This document shows positions 49,941 through 62,264 of a stretch of DNA of 64,000 nucleotides, piece by piece. The stretch's first letter is position 1. Each line of letters opens with the position of its first letter. Below the pieces are notes generated by a model. The model had not been told where the DNA came from. It saw only the letters and a program-made list of their open reading frames with translations, and made no database searches. The stretch is from Macrostomum hystrix (lineage: Eukaryota > Animalia > Platyhelminthes). Both the position numbers and the translations under genes were made by a program. Where the stretch lies: contig CATNEN010000038.1 of the NCBI GenBank assembly GCA_950097015.1, forward strand, positions 30,628,001 to 30,692,000, in the 5' to 3' direction.

Positions 49941-52269
49941 AGATGGCAGAAGAGGAGAGTAGATAAGCGGTCAGGTCAAAAAAGGTGAGTATGAGTAAGA
50001 CTTTGAGACTGTTAATGTCCTAAAAAAGCGTCAATACAAAAAAATTGTAAACCTTGTCGCTAAAAAACTACTACAGGTGTAACAATCATACAGGTGTTGC
50101 TTAAAAGATTTGTTTTAAAAAAAGCAGTATGCCTACAGCCCTATATAGATAACCCGCTATACCCTCTTTCATGCAACTAGATCGCATTAGGCAAAGGAAG
50201 CTCATAGTTTTTTGAGTAATCGAGAGTATAGCTTAACAGTCTTTGCTATCTATTGGCTTCCATTATGAAGTGTGTGGCAGTGTTTGCTAAAATTGTTTTT
50301 CTATTTTCATTGTTGCTTGTATGTCGGCAAGCTTCAGAAACGTGATACACAGCCTATACGCGGCTCTTCATTAATATATTCCTTTAAAAATACTACATGC
50401 TAACGTCGGCGCAACGAAAATTTGGCCCCATAAAAGACGGGAGATTTTTTCTTCCAAAACTAGAAACAGAAAACAAACAAAAGAGAGCGGTACCTATGTA
50501 TGAGACATTTCTACAATTCTATACAATGGTTAGAAGCTATCTATTAGATTAGCTAAAAACTATTACTAATCATGTATTTTATAAAATAGGACTAGAGCGG
50601 TGGGCTATCAACAATAGGCAACTGTAGAAACATACACGATAGATTGTTTGAAAGCTAAATGAAAAAAAAACTAATCGGAGTGAGGATAGTAAGAAGAATA
50701 GTGAGAGGATGGCAAAGAAGATGAGAGGATGGGAGAGAGAGTAAGAGGATGGGAGAGAGAGTAAGAGGATGGGAGAGAGGTTGAGAGGATGGGAGAGAGG
50801 GTGAGAGGATGGGAGAGTGGTTGAGAGGATGGGAGAGAGGGTGAGAGGATAAGAGAGTGGTTGAGAGGATGGGAGAGTGGTTGAGAGGATGGGAGAGAGG
50901 GTGAGAGGATGGGAGAGTGGTTGAGAGGATGGGACAGAAAGTGAGAGGACAAGAGGATTGGAAAGATTTATTTAAAACGTTTATTGTATGCTTTTACTAT
51001 CAGTTTCTTACAAAAGGGAGAGGAGAGGAGATCTCTCCTGCCCTCTCCTCTCCTGCCCCCTCCTGCCCTCTCCTCTCCTCTCCTCTCCTGCCCTCTCCTC
51101 TCCTCACCTCTCCTGCCCTCTCCTCTCCTCTCCTGCCCTCTCCTATCACATCTCTCCTATGTCTGATCTCTCCCCTGTTTAATCTCTCCCTGTTTAATCG
51201 GTTCGGTTCACTTATGAAACGAACAAAATGTTGCTACTTAAAGGCAGAAAGCTATATTCTCCCATATTAAAATTGATTTAAAGCCTTATAACGAAAAAAT
51301 TCTAAACTACATTTTCCGCAACGCTCCGTTGTGACCATTTTTTCCTGACGTAATCCCTAAAGCAGTGTTGATCTTATCTCTAAACTGGCAGCGGCATTAA
51401 CGGGTGTCATTCATTGTCAAAGCAGAAAATCTTGCATGCAAGCAAAAGTATTAAGTCTGGCAGGAATGCCAAATGTCAGAAAGAAAGAAAAATGTCTCTC
51501 TATGCATGGGAATAATGAAAACAATCAGTTTCTTGTGGAAGTTTCGCAAGTGTGTTTACACACAAACGAAGCTTAGGCGATGCGTTATAGGAAAGTTGGG
51601 CATCGCGTCACACTGACATCCGTTGACAAACATGCACGGATCGGCATTACACCAGCGGCATAATCCATCTGCTTCTGTGTACAGTGATATCGGCTTGCTG
51701 AGTCACGACTCAATCAAACTTGATGACAGTCTTGAGCACACGATGCTGAGAGAAGATGTTCTCTCATATTATCTAACGTATTATAGTAATGATATACATA
51801 ATATAGAGTAATACTTTAAGAAACTGAGACCATCTTGAGAAGGCATGGCTGCAGTGTGTTGACAAGCCCCCCCCCCAGCAAGAGGCTTCAGTCTTCTTCA
51901 TACGCACATTCGCCATGAAAAACAAGCTTGAAATCCCGCCTTAGGGTTGGGATTTAGTAGGGCTAAGAGAATCACTGAAACATTGCATAAGCAATAGGCC
52001 AACGTAAAAATTAATAGCCTATGGCATTAATTTTTCTTACAATATTCGGCCGTAGGAAGCAGTTTGCTAATTTGGCCGCTGAAACGATTTCGCATTTAAT
52101 TAAATGGCGCCTGGCTAAATAAGGGTCTTTGGGCCCTCCATTCTAATTCATTTCACCACTCCATCTAACCCATTATCCCTGAAGCTCCATCGATTAATTT
52201 TTATAACAAAGCGGGCCTCTAACTCTAGAACTCACAACGCTGACATTAATTTTCACACTCCTCTAAACT

Positions 52270-55200
52270 TTTTCTCTTCCGTCTCAGCCTCTCCTTCTTC
52301 CCAGTCTTCCTTCTCAGCCTCTCCTTTCTCCCAGTCTTCCTTCTCAGCCTCTCCTTCCTCCTCCCAGTCTTCCTTCTCAGCCTCTCCTTCCTCCGAGTCT
52401 TCCTTCTCAGCCTCTCCTTCCTCCCAGTCTTCCTTCTCAGCCTCTCCTTCCTCCCAGTCTTCCTTCTCAGCCTCTCCTTCCTCCCAGTCTTCCTTCTCAG
52501 CCTCTCCTTCCTCCCAGTCTTCCGTCTCAGCCTCTCCTTTCTCCCAGTCTTCCTTCTCAGCCTCTCCTTTCTCCCAGTCTTCCTTCTCAGCCTCTCCTTC
52601 CTCCTCCCAGTCTTCCTTCTCAGCCTCTCCTTCCTCCTCCCAGTCTTCCTTCTCAGCCTCTCCTTCCTCCCAGTCTTCCTTCTCAGCCTCTCCTTCCTCC
52701 CAGTCTTCCTTCTCAGCCTCTCCTTCCTCCCAGTCTTCCTTCTCAGCCTCTCCTTCCTCCCAGTCTTCTTTCTCAGCCTCTCCTTCCTCCCAGTCTTCTT
52801 TCTCAGCCTCTCCTTCCTCCCAGTCTTCCTTCTCAGCCTCTCCTTCCTCCTCCCAGTCTTCCTTCTCAGCCTCTCCTTCCTCCTCCCAGTCTTCCTTCTC
52901 AGCCTCTCCTTCCTCCCAGTCTTCCTTCTCAGCCTCTCCTTTCTCCCAGTCTTCCTTTTCAGCCTCTCCTTTCTCCCAGTCTTCCTTCTCAGCCTCTCCT
53001 TCCTCCCAGTCTTCTTTCTCAGCCTCTCCTTCCTCCCAGTCTTCTTTCTCAGCCTCTCCTTTCTCCCAGTCTTCCTTCTCAGCCTCTCCTTCCTCCCAGT
53101 CTTCCTTCTCAGCCTCTCCTTCCTCCCAGTCTTCCTTCCCAGCCTCTCCTTCCTCCCAGTCTTCCTTCTCAGCCTCTCCTTCCTCCCAGTCTTCCTTCCC
53201 AGCCTCTCCTTCCTCCCAGTCTTCCTTCTCAGCCTCTCCTTCCTCCCAGTCTTCCTTCTCAGCCTCTCCTTCCTCCTCCCAGTCTTCCTTCTCAGCCTCT
53301 CCTTCCTCCCAGTCTTCCTTCTCAGCCTCTCCTTCCTCCCAGTCTTCCTTCTCAGCCTCTCCTTCCTCCCAGTCTTCCTTCTCAGCCTCTCCTTCCTCCC
53401 AGTCTTCCTTCTCAGCCTCTCCTTCCTCCTCCCAGTCTTCCTTCTCAGCCTCTCCTTCCTCCCAGTCTTCCTTCTCAGCCTCTGCTTTCTCCCAGTCTTC
53501 CGTCTCAGCCTCACCTTCCTCCCAGTCTTCCTTCTCAGCCTCTCCTTTCTCCCAGTCTTCCTTCTCAGCCTCTCCTTCCTCCCAGTCTTCCTTCTCAGCC
53601 TCTGCTTTCCTCCCAGTCTTCCGTCTCAGCCTCTCCTTCCTCCCAGTCTTCCTTCTCAGCCTCTCCTTCCTCCCAGTCTTCCTTCTCAGCCTCTCCTTCC
53701 TCCCAGTCTTCCTTCTCAGCCTCTCCTTCCTCCCAGTCTTCCTTCTCAGCCTCTCCTTCTCCCAGTCTTCCTTCTCAGCCTCTCCTTCCTCCTCCCAGTC
53801 TTCCTTCTCAGCCTCTCCTTCCTCCCAGTCTTCCTTCTCAGCCTCTCCTTCCTCCCAGTCTTCCTTCTCAGCCTCTCCTTCCTCCTCCAGTCTTCCTTCT
53901 CAGCCTCTCCTTCCTCCCAGTCTTCCTTTCTCAGCCTCTCCTTCTCTCCCAGTCTTCCTTCTCAGCCTCTCCTTCCTCCCAGTCTTCCTTCTCAGCCTCT
54001 GCTTTCTCCCAGTCTTCCGTCTCAGCCTCTCCTTCCTCCCAGTCTTCCTTCTCAGCCTCTCCTTTCCTCCCAGTCTTCCTTCTCAGCCTCTCCTTCCTTC
54101 CAGTCTTCCTTCTCAGCCTCTCCTTCCTCCCAGTCTTCCTTCTCAGCCTCTCCTTCCTCCCAGTCTTCCTTCTCAGCCTCTCCTTCCTCCCAGTCTTCCT
54201 TCTCAGCCTCTCCTTTCTCCCAGTCTTCCTTCTCAGCCTCTCCTTCCTCCCAGTCTTCCTTCTCAGCCTCTCCTTCCTCCCAGTCTTCCTTCTCAGCCTC
54301 TCCTTTCTCCCAGTCTTCCTTCTCAGCCTCTCCTTCCTCCTCCCAGTCTTCCTTCTCAGCCTCTCCTTCCTCCCAGTCTTCCTTTCTCAGCCTCTCCTTC
54401 CTCCCAGTCTTCCTTCTCAGCCTCTCCTTCCTCCTCCCAGTCTTCCTTCTCAGCCTCTCCTTCCTCCCAGTCTTCCTTCTCAGCCTCTCCTTCCTCCCAG
54501 TCTTCCTTCTCAGCCTCTCCTTTCTCCCAGTCTTCCTTTCTCAGCCTCTCCTTTCTCCCAGTCTTCCTTCTCAGCCTCTCCTTCCTCCCAGTCTTCCTTT
54601 CTCAGCCTCTCCTTCCTCCCAGTCTTCTTTCTCAGCCTCTCCTTTCTCCAGTCTTCCTTCTCAGCCTCTCCTTCCTCCCAGTCTTCCTTCTCAGCCTCTC
54701 CTTCCTCCCAGTCTTCCTTCTCAGCCTCTCCTTCCTCCCAGTCTTCATTCTCAGCCTCTCCTTCCTCCCAGTCTTCCTTCTCAGCCTCTCCTTCCTCCCA
54801 GTCTTCCTTCTCAGCCTCTCCTTCCTCCTCCCAGTCTTCCTTCTCAGCCTCTCCTTCCTCCCAGTCTTCCTTCTCAGCCTCTCCTTCCTCCCAGTCTTCC
54901 TTCTCAGCCTCTCCTTCCTCCCAGTCTTCCTTCTCAGCCTCTCCTTCCTCCCAGTCTTCCTTCTCAGCCTCTCCTTCCTCCTCCCAGTCTTCCTTCTCAG
55001 CCTCTCCTTCCTCCCAGTCTTCCTTCTCAGCCTCTGCTTTCTCCCAGTCTTCCGTCTCAGCCTCACCTTCCTCCCAGTCTTCCTTCTCAGCCTCTCCTTT
55101 CTCCCAGTCTTCCTTCTCAGCCTCTCCTTCCTCCCAGTCTTCCTTCTCAGCCTCTGCTTTCTCCCAGTCTTCCGTCTCAGCCTCTCCTTCCTCCCAGTCT

Positions 55201-56340
55201 TCCTTCTCAGCCTCTCCTTCCTCCCAGTCTTCCTTCTCAGCCTCTCCTTCCTCCCAGTCTTCCTTCTTAGCCTCTCCTTCCTCCCAGTCTTCCTTCTCAG
55301 CCTCTCCTTTCTCCCAGTCTTCCTTCTCAGCCTCTCCTTCCTCCTCCCAGTCTTCCTTCTCAGCCTCTCCTTCCTCCCAGTCTTCCTTCTCAGCCTCTCC
55401 TTCCTCCCAGTCTTCCTTCTCAGCCTCTCCTTCCTCCTCCCAGTCTTCCTTCTCAGCCTCTCCTTCCTCCCAGTCTTCCTTCTCAGCCTCTCCTTTCTCC
55501 CAGTCTTCCTTCTCAGCCTCTCCTTCCTCCCAGTCTTCCTTCTCAGCCTCTCCTTCCTCCCAGTCTTCCTTCTTAGCCTCTCCTTCCTCCCAGTCTTCCT
55601 TCTCAGCCTCTCCTTTCTCCCAGTCTTCCGTCTCAGCCTCTCCTTCCTCCCAGTCTTCCTTCTCAGCCTCTCCTTCCTTCCAGTCTTCCTTCTCAGCCTC
55701 TACTTCCTCCCAGTCTTCCTTCTCAGCCTCTCCTTCCTCCCAGTCTTCCTTCTCAGCCTCTCCTTCCTCCCAGTCTTCCTTCTCAGCCTCTCCTTTCTCC
55801 CAGTCTTCTTTCTCAGCCTCTCCTTCCTCCCAGTCTTCATTCTCAGCCTCTCCTTCCTCCCAGTCTTCCGTCTCAGCCTCTCCTTTCTCCCAGTCTTCCT
55901 TCTCAGCCTCTCCTTCCTCCTCCCAGTCTTCCTTCTCAGCCTCTCCTTTCTCCCAGTCTTCCTTCTCAGCCTCTCCTTCCTCCCAGTCTTCCTTCTCAGC
56001 CTCTCCTTCCTCCCAGTCTTCCTTTTCAGCCTCTCCTTTCTCCCAGTCTTCCTTCTCAGCCTCTCCTTCCTCCCAGTCTTCCTTCTCAGCCTCTTCCTTC
56101 TCACCCTCTTCCTTCTCACCCTCTTCCTTCTCCCCCTCATCCTTCTCACTCTCTTCCTTCTCACCCTCTTCCTTCTCACCCTCTTCCTTCTCCCCCTCTT
56201 CATTCTCACCGTCTTCCCTCTCACCCACATCCTTCTCACCCTCATCCTTCTCACACACGTTCTTCTCACCCTCATCCTTCTCCCCCTCTTCCTTCTCACC
56301 CTCTTCCTTCTCCCCCTCTTCCTTCTCACCCTCTTCCTTC
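52270..56340. repeat. 4-kb 30/33-bp minisatellite CTCAGCCTCTCCTTCCTCCCAGTCTTCCTT
   Basis: Seen directly; grades into a 15-bp CCTTCTCACCCTCTT variant at the right end. Confidence 0.95.
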
Positions 56341-56977
56341 CTCCCTTCGCCCCTCAACTTTCCAAACACCTGATAAGCAACCCCAATCTGTCAAGTGATC
56401 GCCCTCCAGTTGTTTGATTTATTGGCTCTCGCCCGGTCACGACCTGACAACCCTGCTGCATTTTCATTTTCTATTCTTCAGACTATTTCTTTTAAAAAAC
56501 AAAGTTAAATATTTTCGATTCGCCCCGCCAGCGCCATAGGGAAATTAAAAGTACACGTTTAATCGGACTGAGATTTGAGTATTTTTTAGTCGTAAATCAA
56601 TTTTTGCGGATCGGAATTCCATCATCATGATTTTTTTGTTTTGCTCACAAGCGAAGCTAGAATGATAGTGGGAACAAAGGATCAATAGGGCAATGTAAAT
56701 TTGCATAAAGATCGCAGTCCTTTGTAAATATAAATCGATGATTTTTTCCGTGTTCTTGCATGAGACACGCATTTATAAGTCCTACCTGTTCGCGCATCTT
56801 TTGTTGACAAGGATTTTTGGCAGGCTCTGTTTAATTAGGCCTATCAGTTGAGTATGCTTATCTTTGGAACAGCGAGAAACTATATGACCGTGTTTTATTC
56901 ATAATCCCATTCCACTGCACCCAAGTCCCAAGTGACTTCCGCTAGTCCCATCTCTATCTTAAATTTGACAGCCCAGT

Positions 56978-58012
56978 CCCATCTCTCCCCTGTCTCATCT
57001 CTCCCATTTCTCATCTCTCCCATTTCTCATCTCTCCCATTTCTCATCTCTCCCCTGTCTTATCTCTCCCCTGTCTCATCTCTCCCATTTCTCATCCTTTA
57101 CCCGTCTCATCTCTCCCATGTCTCATCTTTCCCCTGTCTTATCTCTCCCCTGTCTCATCTCTCCCATTTCTCATATCTCCCATGTCTCATCTCTCCCCTG
57201 TCTCATATCTCCCATGTCTCATCTCTCCCCTGTCTCATATCTCCCATGTCTCATCTCTCCCCTGTCTCATCTCTCCCATGTCTCATCTCTCCCATGTCTC
57301 ATCTCTCCCCTGTCTCATCTCTCCCATGTCTCATCTCTCCCATGTCTCATCTCTCCCATGTCTCATCTCTCCCCTGTCTCATCTCTCCCATGTCTCATAT
57401 CTCCCATGTCTCATCTCTCCCCTGTCTCATCTCTCCCATGTCTCATCTCTCCCATGTCTCATCTCTCCCCTGTCTCATCTCTCCCATGTCTCATATCTCC
57501 CATGTCTCATCTCTCCCCTGTCTCATCTCTCCCATGTCTCATCTCTCCCATGTCTCATCTCTCCCATGTCTCATCTCTCCCATGTCTCATCTCTCCCCTG
57601 TCTCATCTCTCCCATGTCTCATCTCTCCCATGTCTCATCTCTCCCATGTCTCATCTCTCCCCTGTCTCATCTCTCCCATGTCTCATCTCTCCCATGTCTC
57701 ATCTCTCCCATGTCTCATCTCTCCCCTGTCTCATCTCTCCCATGTCTCATCTCTCCCATGTCTCATCTCTCCCATGTCTCATCTCTCCCCTGTCTCATCT
57801 CTCCCCTGTCTCATCTCTCCCATGTCTCATATCTCCCATGTCTCATCTCTCCCCTGTCTCATCTCTCCCATGTCTCATCTCTCCCATGTCTCATCTCTCC
57901 CCTGTCTCATCTCTCCCATTTCTCATATCTCCCATGTCTCATCTCTCCCCTGTCTCATCTCTCCCATGTCTCATCTCTCCCCTGTCTCATCTCTCCCATG
58001 TCTCATCTCACC
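56978..58012. repeat. 16-bp family minisatellite (CTCATCTCTCCCATGT variant)
   Basis: Seen directly. Confidence 0.93.
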
Positions 58013-58860
58013 CGTGTTGAGTTTCCAAATGTCAATTTCTTATCTGCTGCTGGTTACTGCAGCAATACTCAAGCACAATGGTCCATCGCCTGTAGGGTAA
58101 ATTTGTCCCCAACTTGAACTATCGCGTGACTTCGGCATTGCTTTTTTCTTTGGCTGAGTGGTCGGTCGCGCTAGGCTGTTGAGTAGTGACTCAGGGCCAC
58201 GCTAATTTTGACGGAAACTTCACGCTTTCAACAGCCTTTGCAACACCCTCTGGCAGCCTTCAGCTGTAATTGCAACTGCCTAGATATACTATGTGCATGC
58301 CAAGTATAGCGTAGTGTGTACGACATTCACTTTCAGCTGCGATAGGAGCCTTTAAAAACTTGAGCCATAAAAAATATGAAATATTAAGGAAGACTGAGTT
58401 CAGTATTGGCATGCCCTGTCACTTTCTTTAACTATATATAGCATTAACAATGGAATGTCTGAGAAGTGTATCAAGATGTTAGAAAAAAAGCTTCAGTATT
58501 GTTTTTAAGCTTTAGATGTCAGCAGTGAGATGGTATGGAAGATTTTTGTTACTTATTTATTAATTTTCATTGTTTTGCGGTTCAGACACAGAGTGATTGA
58601 AACAATGATGGTAGGACTGAAACGCAGCTAAATTGTGATTACGTAATGCGACGTTCTACAAAATTAACTACGATTCTGCCGCCCCAGAGATTATTGTTAC
58701 TGATTGACTATTTTTTTAGGAATAAAATTATTGACAAAGAAGCCTTCTTGATAGATGGTTTCTAGAAATGATAACCCGTTTGGGTGTGTACTTAATGAAA
58801 AATATTTGCAGGAAGGATGCTGGCCATGGCATATCATTTTGTGACAGTAGACTCGCAGCC

Positions 58861-59400
58861 TCCCCTGTCTCATCTCTCCCCTGTCTCATCTCTTCCCTGT
58901 CTCATCTCTCCCCTGTCTCATCTCTCCCCTGTCTCATCTCTCCCCTGTCTCATCTCTCCCCTGTCTCATCTCTCCCCTGTCTCATCTCTCCCCTGTCTCA
59001 TCTCTTCCCTGTCTCATCTCTCCCCTGTCTCATCTCTCCCCTGTCTCATCTCTCCCCTGTCTCATCTCTCCCCTGTCTCATCTCTCCCCTGTCTCATCTC
59101 TCCCCTGTCTCATCTCTCCCCTGTCTCATCTCTCCCCTGTCTCATCTCTCCCCTGTCTCATCTCTCCTGTGTCTCATCTCTCCCCTGTCTCATCTCTCCC
59201 CTGTCTCATCTCTCCCCTGTCTCATCTCTCCCCTGTCTCATCTCTCCCCTGTCTCATCTCTCCCCTGTCTCATCTCTCCCCTGTCTCATCTCATCCCTGT
59301 CTCATCTGTCCCTTGTCTCATCTCTTCCCTGTCTTATCTCATCCCTGTCTCATCTGTCCCCTGTTTCATTTTTCCACTATTTCATCTCTTCCCTGTCTCA
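58861..59400. repeat. 16-bp family minisatellite CTCATCTCTCCCCTGT
   Basis: Seen directly. Confidence 0.93.
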
Positions 59401-59491
59401 TTCGTTAGACCGCTCTACCACTCACCCTCTCTGAAGTACTTTAACCTTACTGAAAGGACGATGACAATTACGTGAATCGAGATCCACTCAC

Positions 59492-59836
59492 CGAGCACAA
59501 ACAGTCGCATTCCTGCACTCGCCATATGATTGTCTTCGAAGCCCTCACATTCGTAATAGCCGTCTTGCGGCTTGGCCACGCCGTCGATCTTCAACGAGCC
59601 GTTGGCGCCGCCTCTGACGTTGGTCCAATTGGAAAAGCCGTCTCGCAGGGTGCACTGGCCTAGGGCAAGGTAGCATTGTGCCAGGATGGCCCGGTCGATG
59701 GCTCCTGGGCTGCTGGAGTAGTACCATAGAATATAGCCCGGGCTGCGTGAGAAGTCGCAGTGCAGCTGTTGAGCGGACAGCTCAGGGGCGTAGATTGCTG
59801 ACTGGCGCACCGAAACTGTGAAGCTGGTGCTGGAGA
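59492..59836 (-). CDS. Echinoid-like gene exon: Ig1 (V-like)
   Basis: Acceptor ttctcacccgcag, donor G|gtgagt; 345 nt, phase 1-1; LHCDF...YILW...GSLKI...DGYYEC motif. Linkage across the 29-kb intron is inferred from phase and domain order. Confidence 0.8.
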
Positions 59837-61057
59837 CTGCGGGTGAGAAGCAATTTGATTCTCCCTGATTGTGGAGGGACCACTGCACGGGGTATTTCAA
59901 ACGCCTTTTTACTGTTAAGTGTAGCTAAATATAGATCACCTATTAATGCACCTATCAGTATTTGAGCAGTTTCACCGATACGCGCAACGACTTTAGGGGT
60001 TTCTAAAGCACGACATCGTTAATTTCGTGCACGCCGTTAATTTTAGCATTAAACACAAGCCCTACAAATGAGAGTGAAAACTTTTGCATGCCGTAACTTG
60101 CCTCACTATCAATGCGTGAGAAAGTCAGAATTTATCATATCGCTGTTTGAACGACTAGTTTTTACTAGTTTTAGTGTAGTGTTACTTATAACAAAATAAA
60201 ATAAATGAAACAAATAGTTTCAGGTTTGGTTACGTTTAACTTATTATTATCCTTAAAGCTAGAGTTTTGCGAATTAATTGCATTATTTGACACATTAATT
60301 AGTTTCATTCGCACCCAAAGATAAGGTACATCAGGTGTCAAAAAAACGGTTAATTAGAGATCTAATTAAATGTTTGGGTTCAATTGAAGAAAAGATTGAG
60401 GTGATTGTTCTATAAAATGGCCAATCGCTTATACTTTGCAATCGCTTAGTTGAAAATGTCACACCTCCTTAAAAATGAAACTATAACAAATAATTTACTA
60501 TGGCTAGAGTTTTTCGAAAGCTCTTGAAAGGTCTTGAAGTGTGTGTGGGACGTGAACCTCAAGTAGGCTTTTTATATTACTTTACAAATTATTTGAGAAT
60601 AAAAAGGAAATCTTTAATTAGTTGTTAGCTCAGTAATAATATACCTATAGGCTGTTTTTATATAGATTGCTTCCGTTGCATAATCAACGGTCACCATTGC
60701 CCGGCCAAGGTGTATCGAAAACATGAATTCTGAAAAAACCTATTTTAAGGGATTATGAGGCCAACCGACTCGAGGCGGCGAGGCCAAGCATGCTAGATGA
60801 GTTGATTTCGGAACCAATTCAGGCAGAACAAATTATCTGATGAATCGGTCGACTATGCGAATAACTCTAGATGGGACTTTTGGGTCGGTCGTTGATTTAT
60901 TGGGGAAAACGCCGCCGGGAGATTGTTCTGAACTCGTTAAAGGGGAAGGAAGAGAGGAAAAGAAGAGGGAAGAATTGATTTAGCGCCAGATGAGACCAAG
61001 TTTTAGAAACTGGTTTGTCTGCTGACGGATTCGGTCTTGTTTTCAACAAAGGAAAAA

Positions 61058-61208
61058 AATTACACCTGGCTCAGGTGGGTCTGATCTACAACCAATCAGA
61101 CAACTGCACCTATTTCAGCGGCGATTTAAAAGGCTGTGTACAGTTGTTCAGTCCATGGACTGGGGATGCCAACGCAACCACCCAAATTTCTACCCCAGCT
61201 GGTGCTGG
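61058..61208 (-). mobile_element. Older degenerate fragment of the same SINE
   Basis: Shares tacacctg, aaggctg.gtacag.tgttcagtccatggactgggga and cccagctg.tgctgg. Confidence 0.65.
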
Positions 61209-61240
61209 AAACTATTCAAGAGCTAGGAAATAACAATGGG

Positions 61241-61463
61241 TAATTATTGATTCCACCTGCCCCGATTGGGCCAGATGTGCAGCCGACAGCACAGCTGCAG
61301 CCATTGCGCGCCGCATCTGAAGGCTGCGTACGGCTGTTCAGTCCATGGACTGAAGGGACACCACACCCACCCTCAATTACCCCAGCTGATGCTGGTACCC
61401 AATTAACAGCCGGGTGAGCTGAAGCAATGCAGAGTTAAGGGCCCTGAGAACAAGGCTACAACT
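61241..61463 (-). mobile_element. Second copy of the CORE-like SINE, internally deleted (B-box region lost)
   Basis: Near-identical to 24392-24590, then jumps to the head sequence gccctga..aaggctacaa. Confidence 0.8.
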
Positions 61464-61529
61464 TTTGTACTAAACAAAGGTTACACCCCTTACCAACGTC
61501 TACCTAGAGCTAAGTAATCTGAATAAATA

Positions 61530-61636
61530 AGGTCTAAGGGTCTTGCTTGAGGGCACCAATTGTCTCCCTGACTGGAATTCGAACCCATGACCTCCAATCG
61601 AAGAAAATCCCAGTCCCAAGCACGTACAGGCTGCCT
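61530..61636 (-). mobile_element. tRNA-SINE head fragment
   Basis: Minus-strand B-box GGGTTCGAATTCC followed by GTGCCCTCAAGCAAGACCCTT (start of CORE-like domain). Confidence 0.55.
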
Positions 61637-62264
61637 AATGGCATGTAGTTTATTGTAATTGAAATCCCGATTCTCTAATATTTATTAAATATTACATTAA
61701 AAAGTCTCACATTTAAATATTCTCATATCCTCAAAATCTAAAAAATTGAAATGTCGAGTGCTCTAATTTTCCCATTTTTTTATTTTTTCTCATGATTTTC
61801 TATTCTCCAAACGCCGTATGCTCAAAATCTCATACTCTCATCTCGTATCCTCAAAGTCGTAAATTTTCGTGAACTCCTACCGCTAGCAAAGTTCTTAAAT
61901 TTATTTAAAATATAAACGCAGTTTTTTAAGCCTTCATTATGTGCAATCACTGATTCTAACCGTTAGCATCTGCTAAAATTACAACTTTTAAAGAAACGTG
62001 ATTCAAATGATTACTTCTGCAAAATTGTTACACTCATTATTGGACTAAGAAAACAGAAAGCCACACAAAACGCTGATAAGCGACCTAGTTTTAGCCTAAA
62101 TCTTGAAGGCTGCAATTAAGCATACGTATATTGCATTGGATTTTACGCATGGACTAAAAATACTACCTGATGAGTAAGTTGACCGAATTTCATTTGGATG
62201 AAAACCAGACTAGAGTTAGAAAGTGAAATTTGGGAAAATTAAAAGAAAGCTTTTAACTAGAGAA

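Larger units (their letters stand above)
24194..59836 (-). other. ed: Echinoid-like Ig-superfamily cell-adhesion receptor gene (multi-exon; 7 Ig, FN3, degenerate FN3, TM, cytoplasmic tail); 5' signal-peptide exon not found in window
   Basis: Ten GT-AG-bounded exons join in frame (~1110 aa). The architecture, the membrane-proximal RVSLCLKVRPDVCG motif and the C-terminal RKVIYEVVV* match what I recall of Drosophila Echinoid (RVKLCL...CG; ...REIIV). The symbol denotes family resemblance, not proven orthology. Confidence 0.8.

Noticed and set aside
52246-56369. Long acidic (EEGEAEKEDW)n and basic (RLRRKTGRKE)n ORFs
   Set aside because: Translations of a 30-bp satellite with internal frameshifts, inside an intron and without splice support
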